64,000 bases of DNA from the NCBI RefSeq assembly GCF_018350175.1, contig NC_058368.1, positions 209,686,001-209,750,000 of the forward strand. The letters are read 5' to 3'. Made by a program: the position numbers and the translations under genes. The notes below the pieces were generated by a model. That model worked only from the letters and a program-made list of their open reading frames with translations, made no database searches and was not told where the DNA came from. This document shows, one piece after another, positions 26,765-38,499 of this stretch. Origin of the DNA: Felis catus (Eukaryota). Each line of letters starts with the position of its first letter. The first letter of the stretch is position 1.

Positions 26765-27181
26765 TATCTTAGATTGTGTTTGCTGGGAAATATACTCTGA
26801 GGTAGATATTGGAATGCAGAGGGTTTACTGGTACGGTTCTCGAGAACACCACAAGTAAGGGAGTGAGGAGGGCAGGAGTGAGCAGAGGGAGAAGTAGAAG
26901 GGTTTGGCAAATCCCATGGAAATCTCTGAAGCTGAGTTTGACCTTCAGAGATGTCTCAGATAGACGCAAGGCTGTTTTGCCCCCAAATCTACCAGTCAAT
27001 TGTTAGGCTGTGGGAAGGGTTGCCAGCATGGGTGAAGCAGCTCCCTCTGGTCAGGGCAACACTGTGAAAGGTACTCAGCTGTGAACACCAGTAGTCAACT
27101 CTCCCAGTGGCAGCAGAGAGGAAGAGAGAGGGGAGCTCTGGGGGGGGGGGGGGGGGGCGGTTAGCCACTGCATTTACTACA
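26765..27181 (-). mobile_element. ERV-L LTR (LTR16C-like) containing a G18 run at 27140-27157
   Basis: gtaagggagtgaggagggcagg, gcagctccctctggtcagggcaa, actcagctgtga, ends actaca. Confidence 0.8.
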
Positions 27182-27600
27182 CTAAATGAAAAAGAAAGCA
27201 GGGCTGAGACAAGTGCATTGCAGCAGATATTGTATTTGGAAGTGATCTCAGGGAGCAAGAGGGAGGGACAGGAGAGCCAAAAGAGAAGAAGGAAGGCCAG
27301 TGCAAAGACGTGCTACCCAGTGGGTCGCTGCTTTAGAAGACTGCCACTGAGTTCTGTGAAATCTGAGGAGTTGCAGGAAATGTGTCACAGAAGTTTCCAC
27401 CTGGGGAAAAAAAGAGAGAAGCATTTATCAGTTGGCTGTCATTGGTCAAGGGTAAAGCCCTTAAACCTCCCTGTGGTTCTGGGTTTTCCATGCGTGAGTG
27501 TGGAGAATGCCAAGAAAAGGTGCTGTCAGATTGCATCTGCAAGAAGCTTGTAGAAGCCAGTATGGAATGGATTACCTCAGAACAGGGTGGAATTGAAAGG
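27182..27600 (-). mobile_element. ERV-L LTR (LTR33-like)
   Basis: aagcagggctgagacaag...tatttggaagtgatctcaggga, gcatttatc...tcattggtcaagggt. Confidence 0.65.
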
Positions 27601-27734
27601 GTCTACAAAAAGTATCTAGTACTTCGGGACATACCTGGCAGAATTTAAAATGTAAACAGTTTATGATCCACAAATTTCGCTTACAGAAATTTATACTACA
27701 GAAATTTGTGCTTATAGATGCACACACGTATGTG

Positions 27735-27925
27735 AATTTGATAGGCTCTAGGGTCAGCTGCCTGGGTGTAAGGCCAGGTTCTGCCACTGTGCATGAGGCA
27801 CCTGTGAACTATGTCATGTCTCACATAGGGATGCTGACAGTGTTAAATAAATTAAACCATGCACTAGGCTTTGGATAGCGCCTTGCATATAGTGAGGCCT
27901 CTGTGCATGCCAGTTATTATTAATG
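27735..27925 (+). mobile_element. MIR fragment
   Basis: ctgcctgggt...ttctgccact...gcgccttgcatatagtgaggcctc. Confidence 0.6.
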
Positions 27926-28169
27926 TAACTCTTAACTTGGATAGTGATTAAAGCTACTGTTTGCAGTGAAAAAAAGATGACAAACAACCTACATACTAGG
28001 CAAAGAAATGACAGTATGGCCAAACATAGGAAACTATCACATGTGACATATGTTGTAAGTGAAAAAAACAAAGCAAAGCCAAAGTGTGGAAAAGCGTATC
28101 TCGTATGTGCTCCTATTTGTGTAAAAAGCACGTTGTAAGTACTTATGCGATAGAGATTATTAGTGCTTG

Positions 28170-28450
28170 CCACAAGCTGCTTCTCTTCTGCTTCCTGGGC
28201 ACACAGAAGATTGCTCTTTGCGGTTAAGTGGACCATGTGATTAGCTCTGGCCAGTGTGAGCCCAACAGGAGAGAAAACCTCCTTGTGTAACCTTCCAGCT
28301 CTCTCCTTCTGGGAGCCAAATGCTAGGATGGCAGCACCACAAGGTGATGTAGCTTAAACATGTAGTTTGGTACAAAACCAAAAATCTAGCTACTGAGATA
28401 CTGGGTTAAATTTGCTACCACAGCATAACCCAGCCTATCTTGACTAGTAT
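28170..28450 (+). mobile_element. MaLR LTR (MLT1I/J-like)
   Basis: gttaagtggaccatgtgattagctctggcca; tttgctaccacagcataacccagcctatcttgactagta end. Confidence 0.7.
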
Positions 28451-30171
28451 GATACGATTCTGCAAGGGAGGCAGAGAAAAAGGAAAACCTCCTAGGGAGG
28501 AAAACCTGGGCACCTATTGGAGTTTGGAGGAGCTGGAGGGCGACTTATTTTGTCCTCTGTATCTTTTCACGTTGCTTGAATTTTTAAACCGCAGGTGTAA
28601 GTTAAATTTTTTAATGAAAGAAATTTTAATATTAAGTGTGGTTTGGGTTAGACAGGAACCATCAACCTTCCCTAAAACTTATGAGAAGGTACAGCCCTCA
28701 TCCTCCTGAAAACAAGAACAAAAGCCAAAGACAAAACAACCTCTGCCCCCCCCCCCCCGCCTCCTTCCCCTCAAAAGGCAAAAGCACAGAAATCATTTAG
28801 CTGGATTATGTTATTTTCTCCAAGAGTGTTCAGCAGCTTGAATAAAGATGCAGGAAAAGAACGTTTGGGACAAGGAAAGCAGTCAGGGTAGGAAGGAGTG
28901 GGCTTTGTGGTAGCGGATGGGGAGAACTTGGTGAGGCTGTAGCCCTGGAGTTCTCGAAGAAGTGAAGAGTTTATGAGGCCATTCCAGAAGAAGTAATGTG
29001 GGGAAAGAAGTGCTGGTGACTGAGGGGGTAGACACCTGAAGGAAAAATTGTTTACTATTTGTGACCACTTCCATTACTCAGGCAAAGTCAACTGAAAGGT
29101 AACGTGGTTTTGATAGTTTGAGGCAACTACTATAAAATTTAGTCTTGTTTTATGTCTCACTCTGCTTATAATATCCCGAGTGATTTCAAAATACATTGCA
29201 TAGTGCACCACGCAGATGGTGACAATCAAAGAAATCTCTATCATTTTTCCTCAAGAGCTTTTGCAAGGAAATGTGTGATTTTTCTGTAGGTTTTATCTGC
29301 AAAGGGTGGTACGACATACTGCTGATCAATAGTGACCAAGCCGGATATTTGCAGGACAGTCATGACAAAAGAGGATGGCGGTTTCACAATAAGGATGAAT
29401 AATGGAGAAGATAAAAGATAACCTTGACGGGTAACTCAGTTAAGAGGGAAATTGGAAGTGTTTAAAGATCCTGATTCACACCAATAGGCCATTGTATGGG
29501 ATTGCATCTAAACGAATAAACAATCTTTATACAGACGATTTCCTTGAGTCACAGGAAATTTTTCCTCGTGAGCAGAGAACTGTGGCATTTTGGAAACTGG
29601 ATGAAAGATTTTATTAATACGAAATTATTAACATGAAATAATAGGATCTTCCTCAACAGTACTGTAGCGAAGGTTGTGGGAGAAGAATCACTCAGCGATT
29701 CAGCACCTACTGTGTGCCTAGACAAGGGGATGGGCACTGTTTGAAGAGCTAAGTGATCCCTGATTTTAAGGTACTTCTGGCTCATTTGGAGAGATGTAGC
29801 ATAATGGAATATTCCTCACAGGAATGATGGGAGGAAAACAAGATAGTAACCTCTGATGAATTGCAAAGAATAAAAGTGGTATAAAAATTCAGAGAAAGGT
29901 GAGCTCAGGATAGTTGAAATATATGTTGAGGGCTCAATGGAAGTTATTATTGGATGGATTCAGAACTAGAAGACCCAGATTAGAATCTTCTGCTGTCATT
30001 TACTGATTTGCGACTTCGAACAAGTTTATTGAACTTGTCTGTTCTTAATTTGTAAAGTAGGAGTGATGGTATGTATCTTGCAGTACTGGAAAGAATATTC
30101 TCAGATCTGTTTCTTGTCTTTTCTGTATCACAGTCCAGTAGGGGTGGCAAGAAGCTGCATTTCCCAAGTGC

Positions 30172-30593
30172 TGTGTCCTAAACTGTGTCCTGCCAGATTC
30201 ATACATTGAAGCTCCTCAACCCCCAAGATGACTGCATCTACAGAGAGGTTCCTTAGGAGATAAGGTTAAATGAGGGCCTAAGTGTGGGGCCCTAATCCAA
30301 GAGGGCTGTAGCCTTATAAAAAGAGGAAGAAATCTCTCCCTGTCTACTCCTTCTCCCCCTCCCTCCCTCTCTCCCCTCCCTCTCCCTCCCTCTCTCTCCC
30401 TCTTCCTCTCCTCTCTGAGGGCACAGCAAGAACACAGCCTTCTGTAAGCCAGGAAGAGAATCCTCACCAGAAACTCACCATGCTAGCACCTTGAGCCTGG
30501 ACTTTCCAGCTCCCAGAACTCTGATAAATACATTTCTGCTGTTTAAGCCACCCAGTCTATGGTATTTTCTTACGGCAGCCCAAGCTGTCTAAT
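30172..30593 (+). mobile_element. MaLR LTR (MLT1A-like) inserted in an older ERV-L-type LTR (~30100-31018)
   Basis: ggttaaatgagg...ggggccctaatcca, gccaggaagagaatcctcaccagaa, tttaagccacccagtctatggtatttt. Confidence 0.88.
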
Positions 30594-32335
30594 GGAGCAG
30601 TTTACCATGTCAGGAGGGTCAGGCCAATGGCAGGTACAGGAGAAGACTAAAAAGTGGGAGGGAGGGAAAGGCCAGAGTATGTCTCTCATTCTCTCTACCT
30701 CAGCAGCATCTCCAGCCTCTTGCATGACCTCAACTCCCTGTATTTAGCCTGATTCTAGCTTCTAGCTTCTAGCTGCTGTTGGGGAAGTCTGATCGTGGAT
30801 CCCAGTAGCACCAGTTCCTCTTTTGTCTCTCAGGCCTTGGGTGCTTGTAGCTCTCTGCTCTTACAAATCTCTGGATTGCCTCACTGTCTCCCATTTTGTT
30901 ACTGTCAGCTCTCCTATAATCTGTGTTATCAATTTTCCCTCTATTAGTTGTTAAATTCCCTCTATTATAAAAATGTAAATATGTTTTCTGTTTTCTGGTT
31001 GAATTTTGACGAAGACAAAGGGTAAATTTTAAAATGTAACACTGTGAAGCTATAATGTGCCTTACAAGTAATAACCATATATACACAGAGGGCACACTAT
31101 ATGTATGTGTCTTTCCCCATCTTGCCCATGATGCCTGTGTGACCATGTTTGTGATATGTCTTCTTGGATCTAATTGATTATTCTAGAGGGCCCAAAGAGG
31201 GCTCATCACAGGTCACAGTGTTGACCTAATCACAGTCCCTCTCTCAGAGCCTGGAACTAAGGTACACAGAGGGACATTTTAGCCAGCAGTGGTCGCTGAA
31301 GCTGAGAAGCCAACCATGAAGTTCATGACTATGTTCTGGTGAGTAAAAGATTCTGGTGGAGAAAGAGGACCAAAGAGTAGGTCACATGGCTCCTGAGAAG
31401 TAGAGAGTATAGCCTTGGTTCCAGGTAACTTTCAACTCCCCAGTGCTAGTTTTGTATAGGTCTGGTATTCCCACCCTCACATTTCATGAAATTCTTTAAA
31501 TGTTTTCCATAAAGTTACCTTCATTGGGGCTAGCTTCTTTGGATATCTGTGTTTTTGAGTGCTTGATCATGCATCCATCCATGTACGCATACACACATGT
31601 GCACACACACACACACACACACACTTCTGTAGACTTTGAGCTGCCTTTAAAAATATTTAGCTTGTGGTTGGGCAAAGAGACATTTATATGGAATTCTGCT
31701 GAGGATGAACAACATGAGCAAAAGTTCATGGATGAGAGAGATGAGACTCTAGAATATCTGGTTGACTGCTCTGCTTGTTTTAACTAACAGAGTTTACCAT
31801 TATGTCTAGAGGCAAATTGTTTTTAAGTGAAATATAGTTGGAATGTTATAGCCCTTACTCTATATAGAAAACTAATAATGTTGGTGTTCCCTAAAGTCAG
31901 ATTTAAAAGAACATAATTTTAACATTCACAAAAGAGCAGTAATCATTACATTAAAATACATTAAAAATCAGATTTATAAGCAGCATGTGTCTCCCATGCC
32001 CTGAAGGTCATGCCACCAGGTTTCTGCAAAATTGGGTCAGGAAGAAAATTCAGTAACAAAGGGACTCTCTCTGGAAACCATCCTATTTGTAGTTTCTTGA
32101 AGATAAAATGTTGAATCTCAGAGCACCTACTAGATCTTCAGTACCAGACACAACAGGGTTTTTGGGTGTTGTTTTGTCTTACTATGAGGTGTTCCTGCTG
32201 TCGTTCATTCCCTGCCTAGAAGAATCTTGCTATTGAAATGAACATTCCTGTATTGATCAAATGGTTATATTCTAAAATAGGCTGGAATCTGTTTTATGAC
32301 GTCAATGTGAAAATGTCACTGTACAAGAAGGGATG

Positions 32336-32473
32336 GGGGGCACCTGGGTGGCTCAATCAATTGAGCACTGACTCTTGATCTCAGCTCAGGTCTTGATCTC
32401 AGGGTCGTGAGTTTGAGCCCTGCCTTGGGCACATAGAGCCTGCTTAAAAAATAAAAAAATAAAAATAAAAAAA
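32336..32473 (+). mobile_element. Short CAN-SINE
   Basis: gggggcacctgggtggctca head, A tail, TSD aagaagg(g)a. Confidence 0.9.
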
Positions 32474-32551
32474 AGAAGAAGGACAGAAATGGAAATGTGG
32501 AATGTGCTGCAGAGGAGAGTCCCTGTTACAAAGTTTTAGAAGATATTAATC

Positions 32552-32736
32552 GGGGCGCTTGGGTGATTCAGTTCTTTGAGAGTCCAACTCTTGATATTGG
32601 CTCATGTCCTGATCTCAAGGTCATAAGATTGAGTCTAGCGTCCGGCTCTGTGCTGACAATGTGGAGCCTGCTTGGGATTCTCTCTCTCTTCCCCTCCCCC
32701 CCAAAGAAATAAATGAACAAACATTAAAAAAAAAAA
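32552..32736 (+). mobile_element. CAN-SINE
   Basis: Diverged SINE; TSD aagatatt(a/g)atc. Confidence 0.92.
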
Positions 32737-32781
32737 GATATTGATCAACTTCACCAGTATCTGGAATTTGGAAGTTGTTTC

Positions 32782-32849
32782 TTTTAAATTAGCAATAATC
32801 GTGCCTTGGATGAAACTCATTGGCTACGATACTGCCACTGTGCAAAGCT
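32782..32849 (-). pseudogene. RNU4: U4 snRNA retropseudogene, 3'-truncated (U4 nt 1 to ~64-68)
   Basis: Minus strand agctttgcacagtggcagtatcgtagccaatgagtttcatccaaggcacgattattgctaatt versus U4 AGCTTTGCGCAGTGGCAGTATCGTAGCCAATGAGGTTTATCCGAGGCGCGATTATTGCTAATT; flanked by direct repeat tggaagttgtttcttttaaa at 32769-32788 and 32850-32869. Confidence 0.96.
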
Positions 32850-33019
32850 TGGAAGTTGTTTCTTTTAAAATAAAGAGTATTTTCTGGACATAATATTTGC
32901 ATGTGCTATAGTGGGTTTTACCTGATTACACAAGCCCATTTGTTAATGTGCTGTACTAATATTTATTGCCTTGCATTGCATTGTTGTTGACATCTGTCTT
33001 TTAGTTTTGGCACTTTTTC

Positions 33020-33272
33020 TTTATGTTCCACTCATTCTTCTGACAGCACCATGAAATGAACATGCTCCATAAGCCCATTGGTCCCAGGAGGTGGATGAGA
33101 GACACATGGCACAGAGCTGCCTCAATCAAGCTGCCCCTAACAAGCACAGCCTGCATCAGCCAACCACAAGCTAGCTCATGGGCTAAATAAATACCTACTG
33201 TCGTAAGGGTAATGAAAATCTGTGGTTGTTTGTTAAGCATCATTGTTGTAGGCATAGTTAACTGATACCACA
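33020..33272 (+). mobile_element. MaLR LTR 3' part (MLT1I-like)
   Basis: ggtcccaggaggtggatgagagacacatggcacagagctg...ggttgtttgttaagcatcatt...aactgatac. Confidence 0.75.
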
Positions 33273-33469
33273 ATAGCAGTAGTTTATTATTGAACTCAGT
33301 AGTTCCAATAACAGCCTTTTGATTCCCTCTCTTGTGATTGTGACAAATGTAATAGCTCCCCTCGTGAATTGGTTTATGGTGTTCCCAGAATCATTCTGGA
33401 AGACCAGTTTAGAGTTTGCTGCTCCACTGCCTCAAACAGTTTTTAATGATCAACTTCCTTTTCTGTTTA

Positions 33470-33965
33470 GGATAACTATACCACCTCACATTCATTAGGA
33501 TGGCTACTACAGAAAAACAAACAGAAATATGAATGTGGGCAAGGATACGGAAATATCGAAACACTTTTGAACTGTTGGTGGGCACATAAAATGGTGCAGC
33601 TGCTATAGAAAACTGTATGGCAGTTCATCAAAAAATTAAAAATAGAATTGTGATCCATCAATTCCACTTTTAGGTACATACTCAAAAGACTTGAAAGCAG
33701 ACTTGAAGAGATATTTATACACCCATGTTTATAGTAGCATTATTTACAATCCAGGAGGTGGAAGCAGCCTATATGCCCATCAACAGATGAATAAACTGTG
33801 GTATATACATTCAGCCTTAAAAAGGAAGGAAATTCTGATACATGCTGCAACATGAATGAACCTTGAAGGCATTATGTTAAGTGAAGTAAGCCAGTCGCAA
33901 AAGGACAAAAACTGTATGAATCAATTAATGTGAGGTACCTAGAGTAATCAAATTTATAAAGACGG
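33470..33965 (+). mobile_element. L1 3' region (L1MB-like)
   Basis: aaaatggtgcagctgctatagaaaac, aggaaggaaattctgatacatgctgcaacatgaatgaaccttga. Confidence 0.92.
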
Positions 33966-34814
33966 TAATCCTAAAGACAAGAAATATAGGTATACTCTGG
34001 CTACCCCTCCACCCTCTGGCTCATTTTGGGATCAGAATAATATGGGGGTAGGGCCAAGACTGTTGTTTATCCCATTATCATCTCTGTAATAGTCTGAATA
34101 AGGAACTAGCATAAAATGGCTGCATTTCCTCCTATACAAAAAAAAAAAAGGTATTAGTTGAGCCCATAGTAGACAATGTGTAGTACATGCTGTCAGTGTC
34201 CTAAACGTGTCAGTGTGCTTTCCTGAACTTCCAGTTGCCAGTGCCTGAGTCTTTGCCTGAGGGTTCTTTCTTCCATCTCCAACCCCAACTACAACCCTGA
34301 AGCCTTAAAGCTGCATTATGAAGCCTGAAAATGGACTCAAAGTCCCTCCCAGTGATTTCCAGCAGAAAAAGTCAGGAAGTTCTGATGTGATAAACTGAGA
34401 TGGGTATAGGGTAGGTAGTGCGAACAAAGAACAAAGCAAAGCAAAATGGTGGGAGGCAATTGCTAGAAGAGAAGACTTGGGACCTAGCTTTCACTTTTGA
34501 GCACTTGTGCTGGTTATACAATGTGTGATGAGTCAGCCTCCGTTAAACGCACAGTTGGAGGTAAACCTTAAATTACCTTGATTTTCTTATAAGAAAATTA
34601 TTTTACTACAGTGAGTAAGGTTCTTTGGCCATGAGCCCTACTCATTTCATCTTCTGCATTGAGACTGAATACATTGGAAGGAAAAAGCCACTGCCGGTGA
34701 AAGTTGGCTTGAGGAGTTACTCTGGACTCTGCCTCCCACTTTCCCTGTCAAACTTTGTTCTCCCTGGTTTCTGTCTTATTGATTCCACACCCATTTTATC
34801 TCTGCATCACTGAG

Positions 34815-35070
34815 AGAACTGACAACTCTGGCCCGAACCTTGAGGAACTCATAATCTGGTTGAGGAGACAGCCATGTAATCAGAGTCAAGTAGTAGGTAG
34901 CAAGTGCTAACATAGGGACCTAACTTACATGCTATGGAAACAGAAGACAAAGCTGCTAATTCTAGCTGGCGCCATTGAAGGCGCATGAACTAACAGGCAC
35001 TGAGAGATTAGGAGGAGATTTCCGAGCCGAGAAGACTGTAGATACATTTCAGGCAGAAGGACCACCATGC
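34815..35070 (-). mobile_element. LINE2 fragment
   Basis: ccttgaggaactcataatctggttgaggagacag...aagtgcta...tgctatggaaacagaag. Confidence 0.6.
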
Positions 35071-35542
35071 CTTCTTTGTGTGATTCTTGGGATCTTCATT
35101 TTTAGGCAAGTAAACACTGTGGGGCTGTTTGCAAACTTGAACACTCCACATATGTTCCTTGACAGCTATTGGGGGAAAAATAATCCATTCGGAAAGTTAG
35201 TATTTTGGGGAAAAGCAGTGTTTTTTTTTTAAGTTAATTCCTCTTTGAGAAACCATCTCTGATGCATAGCTTCCCAAAATGTAGGCATTTATTTCTTATG
35301 AGTTGAGAACTTTAATGGATAAGCCACACAATTTGAAATTAATACTCACAGGCAACATTAACAAGGGTCAAAGCACAAGTACAAAGTCAACTTGATGTGT
35401 ATATTGCTTTTTCATTAAAGGGAGGGAATACCTAGGGTTCAAATTCCAAAGGCAATTATCAAACAAGTTTAGGCAATGTATCAGCTCAGGCCCTGATTTT
35501 TCATCTAAAAACACCTGATTTTCTATGAAGTTGTTTCCTCTC

Positions 35543-35779
35543 TTTTTATTTATTTATTTTTATTAAAAAAATTTTTTAACGTTTATTCATTATTGAAAGA
35601 TAGAGAGAGACAGAGCACGAGCAGGGAAGGGGCAGAGAGAGGGAGGCACAGGATCCAAAGCAGGCTCCAAGCTCTGAGCTGTCAGCACCGACCCTGACGC
35701 GGGGCTCAAACTCTCAAACTGTGAGATCATGACCTGAGCCAAAGTCAGACGCCCAACTGACTGAGCCACCCAGGTGCCC
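35543..35779 (-). mobile_element. CAN-SINE
   Basis: TSD tgaagttgtttcctct on both sides. Confidence 0.97.
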
Positions 35780-36421
35780 TGAAGTTGTTTCCTCTTTTAA
35801 AGCATCACTATAAAATGAAGATTTTGGAGAATTTAGAGAAAGAGATGGTGGTGTTACTTTTGTTACACAGCTAAACATATATTGGGAACCTTCTTCATTT
35901 CTCTTTTGGTGGAAAAAGTTAAAAAATTTAGGAATGCTTTTCACTGGACATTGTTAACATGAAAAAATTTTTCACTTGAATATTCGTATTTGTAAGACAT
36001 TAGATATTTTTAGGAGATTAGATACTGTGAAGGAAAATAACTAATACTGAATATATAACTCTGCCCAGTTCTACCATTTATTAGGTTTCTGTGGGTTGAG
36101 TCACATTTTGGGTTGCTATTGTTGGTAAGGTCCTTTCTGGCCCCAAACTCTGCTCCTCCTGTCTTCTTCTTCGTCTGCCTTTTTATTGCCAGTTGTGGGG
36201 AATAATTTTATCTCTTGGGAGTCATATTTGCAAATGTAATATGTCAGTTAGGGAACAGATTGGATTGCTGTACAAAAGAGACACCAAATTACAGTAGCTT
36301 AAGCAAGACAGATTATTTCTCTCTCGCAAAGAAGTCTGCAGAGGCATTTTAGTGACAGTATGACTTTGCCATGGTTTCAGGAGCACTATCTTGTTACTCT
36401 GACATTATCAACATGAGAGTG

Positions 36422-36559
36422 TTTTTTTTTTATTTGTTTTTTGTTTTTTAGTTTTTTAATTTATTTAGAGAGAGAGAGAAAGCATGCAGGAAGGGCAGAG
36501 AGAGAGAAAGCATGCAGGAAGGGCAGAGAGAGAGAAAGCATGCAGGAAGGGCAGAGAGA

Positions 36560-36611
<52 letters not shown>

Positions 36612-36700
36612 CCTAGGCAGGCTCCACAACATCAGTGCAGAGCCCAGTTCAGGGCTCAATCCCACAAACTGCAAGATCATGACCTGAGCCAAAATCAAAA
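36422..36700 (-). mobile_element. CAN-SINE lacking its 5' head, with internal minisatellite
   Basis: SINE body ends at gacctgagccaaaatcaaaa; no ggggcrcctggg head follows. Confidence 0.9.
36471..36561. repeat. 28-bp tandem repeat, about 3 copies
   Basis: agcatgcaggaagggcagagagagag starts at 36481, 36509 and 36537. Confidence 0.95.
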
Positions 36701-36931
36701 TGGCTGATTCAGCTACACCAGTGATCAATTTATTGTAAAACTAATGAAGATTCAGTTTCAGGATCCTTCACTTACATGGATCCTTTCCATGTGTTATGTG
36801 ATGTTGTAGGGGCTGAAGGCTTCTGGGATATAACTGTAGGAGTACTTTTTGTGTCGTAGACCCCTTTGGCAGTTTGGTGAAGACTATGGACCCCTTTTCA
36901 GAAAAATGTTTTTTAGAAAGCCTAAAGTCCA

Positions 36932-37090
36932 GGGGCACCTGGGTAGCTCAGTTGGTTAAACATCCAACTTTGGCTCAGGTCGTGATCTCACATTTCAAGC
37001 CCAGCATCAGGCTCTCTCCTATTAGATCCTCTGTCTCCCTCTCTCTCTGTCCCTCCCCTGCTCTCTCACTCTCTCTCAAAAATAAATGTT
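36932..37090 (+). mobile_element. Internally shortened CAN-SINE
   Basis: Head and (CT)n tail present, middle shortened. Confidence 0.9.
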
Positions 37091-37107
37091 TAAGAAAGCT
37101 TAAAGTA

Positions 37108-37256
37108 GGGGTGTCTGGGTGGCTCAGTAGGTTAAGCATCCGGCTTCAGCTCAGGTCACGATCTCAGAGTTCTGTGTCTCCTTCTCTCTCTGCCTCTCCC
37201 CCACCCCCTGCTCACCCTCTGTCTCTCTCTCTCAAAAATAGTAAAAAAAATTTTTT
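37108..37256 (+). mobile_element. Internally deleted CAN-SINE
   Basis: gatctcagagtt joined directly to ctgtgtctcc. Confidence 0.9.
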
Positions 37257-37849
37257 AAGAAGCTTAAAAGTATAACACATAGGATGGCAAAGGAGTCCAA
37301 CATATTCAATAATCAAAATATTTTAAAAATTTTGTGATATAGAAATATATGTCCTTCTTTATTACACATTAAATAATCAGATCTAGTGATGGGACTAATA
37401 ACTACCATAATTTTGAAGTTGTAATGAGCACTAAAGATATTTCACAAGTCTGCATTAATTGGAATTTGTATGAACATATTTAATTTATATTGATGACAAC
37501 AAGGTCACAGGCAAAACAAATATAACCATGCTTTTGTCTACATTTATCGTAGAAGGAAAAATAGTGAAAGTCACACTCCCCAAGGTAGGAGATCTGAGTG
37601 GCGTATTTTCATGGATTCTATATTGGTTCTCTAAATAAGAGACAACAATTATCCTTATATTTGATTGTCTTTATTTTCCATCTCAGTTTCTCTCTGTGTC
37701 CACTTCTTTTCATTTTCATCAATATATATTGTAATTATCTCAGGGTTTTCCTCTATTTCAGCAATTCAAATTTTTAGTAGACACTATTCTTTTTTTTATA
37801 TATTTATTTGCTTTTTAATGATATTATTTTAGCCTTCAGTTTTCCCTTC

Positions 37850-37986
37850 GGGGCACCTGGGTGGTTCGGTTGGTTAAGCATCCAACTTCGGCTCAGGTCA
37901 TGATCTCAACAGTTCGTGGGTTCGAGCCCCGCATCTGGCTCTGTGCTGATAGCTCAGAGCCTGGAACCTGCTTCAGATTCTATGTT

Positions 37987-38022
<36 letters not shown>

Positions 38023-38082
38023 CCACCCCCACCTTGTGCTTGCTCTCTCTCTCTCTCAAAAATAAATAAACATTAAAAAAAT
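37850..38082 (+). mobile_element. CAN-SINE
   Basis: TSD ttttcccttcg. Confidence 0.96.
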
Positions 38083-38289
38083 TTTTCCCTTCGATTCACA
38101 AGCCCTCTTTTTATTTTATTTTGATCTTTCTTGGTTTCTTGATTCATTTCTTGGTTTCTTTAGTTTATATTCTTATTCAGTTTTTATACAGTGATGCAAG
38201 TTCAGGGAGTTTCCTTCTGTTCCTTGAATTAGGTTTTCTTTGGGTTTGAGCATTCTGTCTTTTTCTTTGCCAATTTCCATTACTGCCTT

Positions 38290-38499
38290 TTTAAAAAAAA
38301 CATTCTTAAAATTTTTATTTTAGAGAGGGAGAGTGGACGTGAGCAAGGGAGAACGGCAGAGGAAGAGAAAGAGAATCCCAAGCAGGGTCCACACTCAGCA
38401 CGGAGCCCAACACTGGGTTGGATCCCATGATCCTGGGATCATGACCCGAGCTGAAATCAAGCGTCAGATGCTCAACTGACTGAGCTACCCAGGTGCCTC
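38290..38499 (-). mobile_element. CAN-SINE
   Basis: TSD tccattactgc. Confidence 0.94.

Larger units (their letters stand above)
36845..37565. mobile_element. hAT-Charlie DNA transposon (MER119/Charlie7-like) hosting two SINEs
   Basis: gacccctttggcagtttggtgaagactatggacccc; ctaataactaccataattt. Confidence 0.7.

Noticed and set aside
32769..32869. Repeat-spacer-repeat as a mini CRISPR-like array
   Set aside because: There are only two repeats, which are a TSD, and the spacer is U4 snRNA sequence.
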